A DNA stretch of 14,776 nucleotides from a virus: the IMG/VR virus record IMGVR_UViG_3300042807_000125. One strand, written 5' to 3'. Of this stretch, positions 14,095 through 14,776 are shown in pieces. Below the pieces are notes generated by a model. It searched no databases and had not been told where the DNA came from. It saw nothing but the letters and a program-made list of their open reading frames with translations. The first letter of the stretch is position 1. Every line of letters begins with the position of its first letter. Both the position numbers and the translations under genes were made by a program.

Positions 14095-14438
14095 TGAAAC
14101 TTGACCCGAAGATCAGCGAAACCGACTTCAAGGATGTCGTCATTAGCATCGCCAAACGTTACGGCTGGCTAATTCACCATGACTTGCCGGCACAAAACAG
14201 TCGAGGGCGTTGGGCAACGCATGTGCAGGGTGATGTGGGGTTTCCTGATCTGTTTATGGTGCACCCATTCCAAGGCGGTCGGCCGTTAGTCATTGAGTTA
14301 AAAGCAGAGAAGGGCAAGACGACACCTGGGCAGAAGGTTTGGTTAAAGGCGTGTGAGTTGGCTGGATGTCATGCAGCGGTTTGGAAGCCAAGTGACATGG
14401 AGTACATTCTCTACACCTTGAGCAATCCAAGAATGTAA
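14094..14438 (+). CDS. VRR-NUC domain nuclease (114 aa)
   Basis: PD-(D/E)xK signature: GFPDLFMV ... LVIELK, followed by TPGQKVWL. I prefer ATG 14094 (TAATG overlap) to the track's TTG at 14046. Confidence 0.85.
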   Translation: MKLDPKISETDFKDVVISIAKRYGWLIHHDLPAQNSRGRWATHVQGDVGFPDLFMVHPFQGGRPLVIELKAEKGKTTPGQKVWLKACELAGCHAAVWKPSDMEYILYTLSNPRM

Positions 14439-14451
14439 ACAATCGGCTAGT
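14435..14451. repeat. Box A copy 1: GTAAAC-AATCGGCTAGT
   Basis: The 11-mer AATCGGCTAGT (14441-14451) recurs exactly at 14576-14586. The GTAAAC prefix also recurs (14568-14573), with a 2-nt insertion in copy 2. Confidence 0.8.
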
Positions 14452-14474
14452 AGCAAGCACCTATCAGAGTCGCG

Positions 14475-14489
14475 TCTGGTCGGGTAGAG
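14475..14489. repeat. Box B copy 1: TCTGGTCGGGTAGAG
   Basis: It recurs at 14614-14627 as TCTGGT-GGGTGGAG (one indel, one mismatch). Each box B lies about 40-46 bp after a box A, so the A...B unit appears duplicated. Confidence 0.65.
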
Positions 14490-14509
14490 GTCGCGGTAAC
14501 GCGGGTAGA
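14481..14509. repeat. Three helically phased short boxes: CGGGTAGA (14481), CGCGGTAA (14492), CGGGTAGA (14502)
   Basis: The exact 8-mer CGGGTAGA occurs twice, 21 bp apart, with a related box midway (about 10.5-bp phasing). The palindrome GGCGCGCC follows at 14512-14519. Confidence 0.6.
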
Positions 14510-14567
14510 TCGGCGCGCCCCAAATCATGCAAGACGAAATGAAACGGGCAAAGCGTCGAGGCGAGCC

Positions 14568-14586
14568 GTAAACATAATCGGCTAGT
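14568..14586. repeat. Box A copy 2: GTAAAC-at-AATCGGCTAGT
   Basis: See copy 1. The two 11-mers are 135 bp apart. Confidence 0.8.
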
Positions 14587-14613
14587 GAGTGCAAAGGGAA
14601 CCAGGTTGGGCAA

Positions 14614-14627
14614 TCTGGTGGGTGGAG
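14614..14627. repeat. Box B copy 2: TCTGGTGGGTGGAG
   Basis: See copy 1. Confidence 0.65.
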
Positions 14628-14672
14628 CATTCACACATCTCTTGACCTGCAGATGACATACAGTTAACAAAC

Positions 14673-14776
14673 AAAGAAAGCACCGACATGAACCCGACAA
14701 CAAACAACACTCACACAAACCGAGGACAAGGCGCGCAAGCGCCGCGTCAGCGCAAGCGAAGCGCGCGAGCATGACA
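14673..14776. repeat. Right copy of the exact 104-bp direct terminal repeat
   Basis: It is identical to 1-104 and ends with atgaca, which is the start of a second copy of the terminase ORF. Confidence 0.95.

Larger units (their letters stand above)
14439..14672. promoter_or_regulatory. Main non-coding region (continues through the junction into 1..98); probable packaging-site / origin / promoter region
   Basis: It has no credible ORF, lies directly upstream of the terminase gene, and is dense in direct repeats and GC palindromes (listed separately below). Confidence 0.5.

Noticed and set aside
14527-14571. A 14-aa plus-strand mini-ORF (MQDEMKRAKRRGEP) in the non-coding region
   Set aside because: It is too short, has no SD, and has no coupling geometry, so it cannot be told apart from chance.
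14642-14670. Sigma70-like promoter: TTGACC (14642-14647), 17-bp spacer, TAACAA (14665-14670)
   Set aside because: The -35 is good, but the -10 matches only 3 of 6 positions and lacks the final T. The better -10-like TACAGT (14659-14664) has an 11-bp spacer. This is not enough for a call, particularly with an unknown host.
14464-14772. A 102-aa minus-strand Cys/Leu-rich ORF (and 14343-14630 on the minus strand) as a divergent regulator in the junction region
   Set aside because: It is low-complexity, begins inside the terminal repeat, has no SD or recognisable HTH, and overlaps the repeat and palindrome cluster, which is better explained as DNA-level signals.

Overview
Nt 1-104 are repeated exactly at 14673-14776, so the window is one self-closing genome of 14,672 unique bp (circular assembly or terminal redundancy), not a chromosomal fragment. 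All credible genes are on the + strand and tightly packed, with ten ATGA/TAATG start-stop overlaps. The only sizeable non-coding stretch is about 330 bp spanning the junction (14439-14672 plus 1-98). Gene order: HNH::large terminase fusion, portal, prohead protease::major capsid fusion, head-tail adaptor, small joining protein, tail tube, tail chaperone with a -1 frameshift the ORF track misses, HK97-gp10-like protein, tape measure, Dit-like minor tail protein, small fibre-like protein, about 32% glycine tail protein, 75-aa ORF, two small membrane proteins, LAS/M15 zinc-peptidase endolysin, 58-aa ORF, membrane-anchored SLT transglycosylase, 87-aa ORF, Zn-ribbon/wHTH-like protein, possible Rad52/Sak-like annealing protein, 48-aa ORF, VRR-NUC nuclease. 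I read this as a complete miniature HK97-lineage long-tailed dsDNA phage. The host is probably monoderm or actinobacterial-type; this is a low-confidence inference from the minor-tail motifs, the glycine-rich tail protein and the absence of spanins. I recognise no tRNA, rRNA, CRISPR, integrase, repressor, polymerase, primase, helicase or small terminase. The main points of interest are the very small genome, compaction by gene fusion, a possible nested capsid start, the frameshift, the non-canonical tail gene order, two separate muralytic enzymes, and a repeat-dense junction region. All functional calls come from motif recognition by eye and need HMM or structure confirmation.
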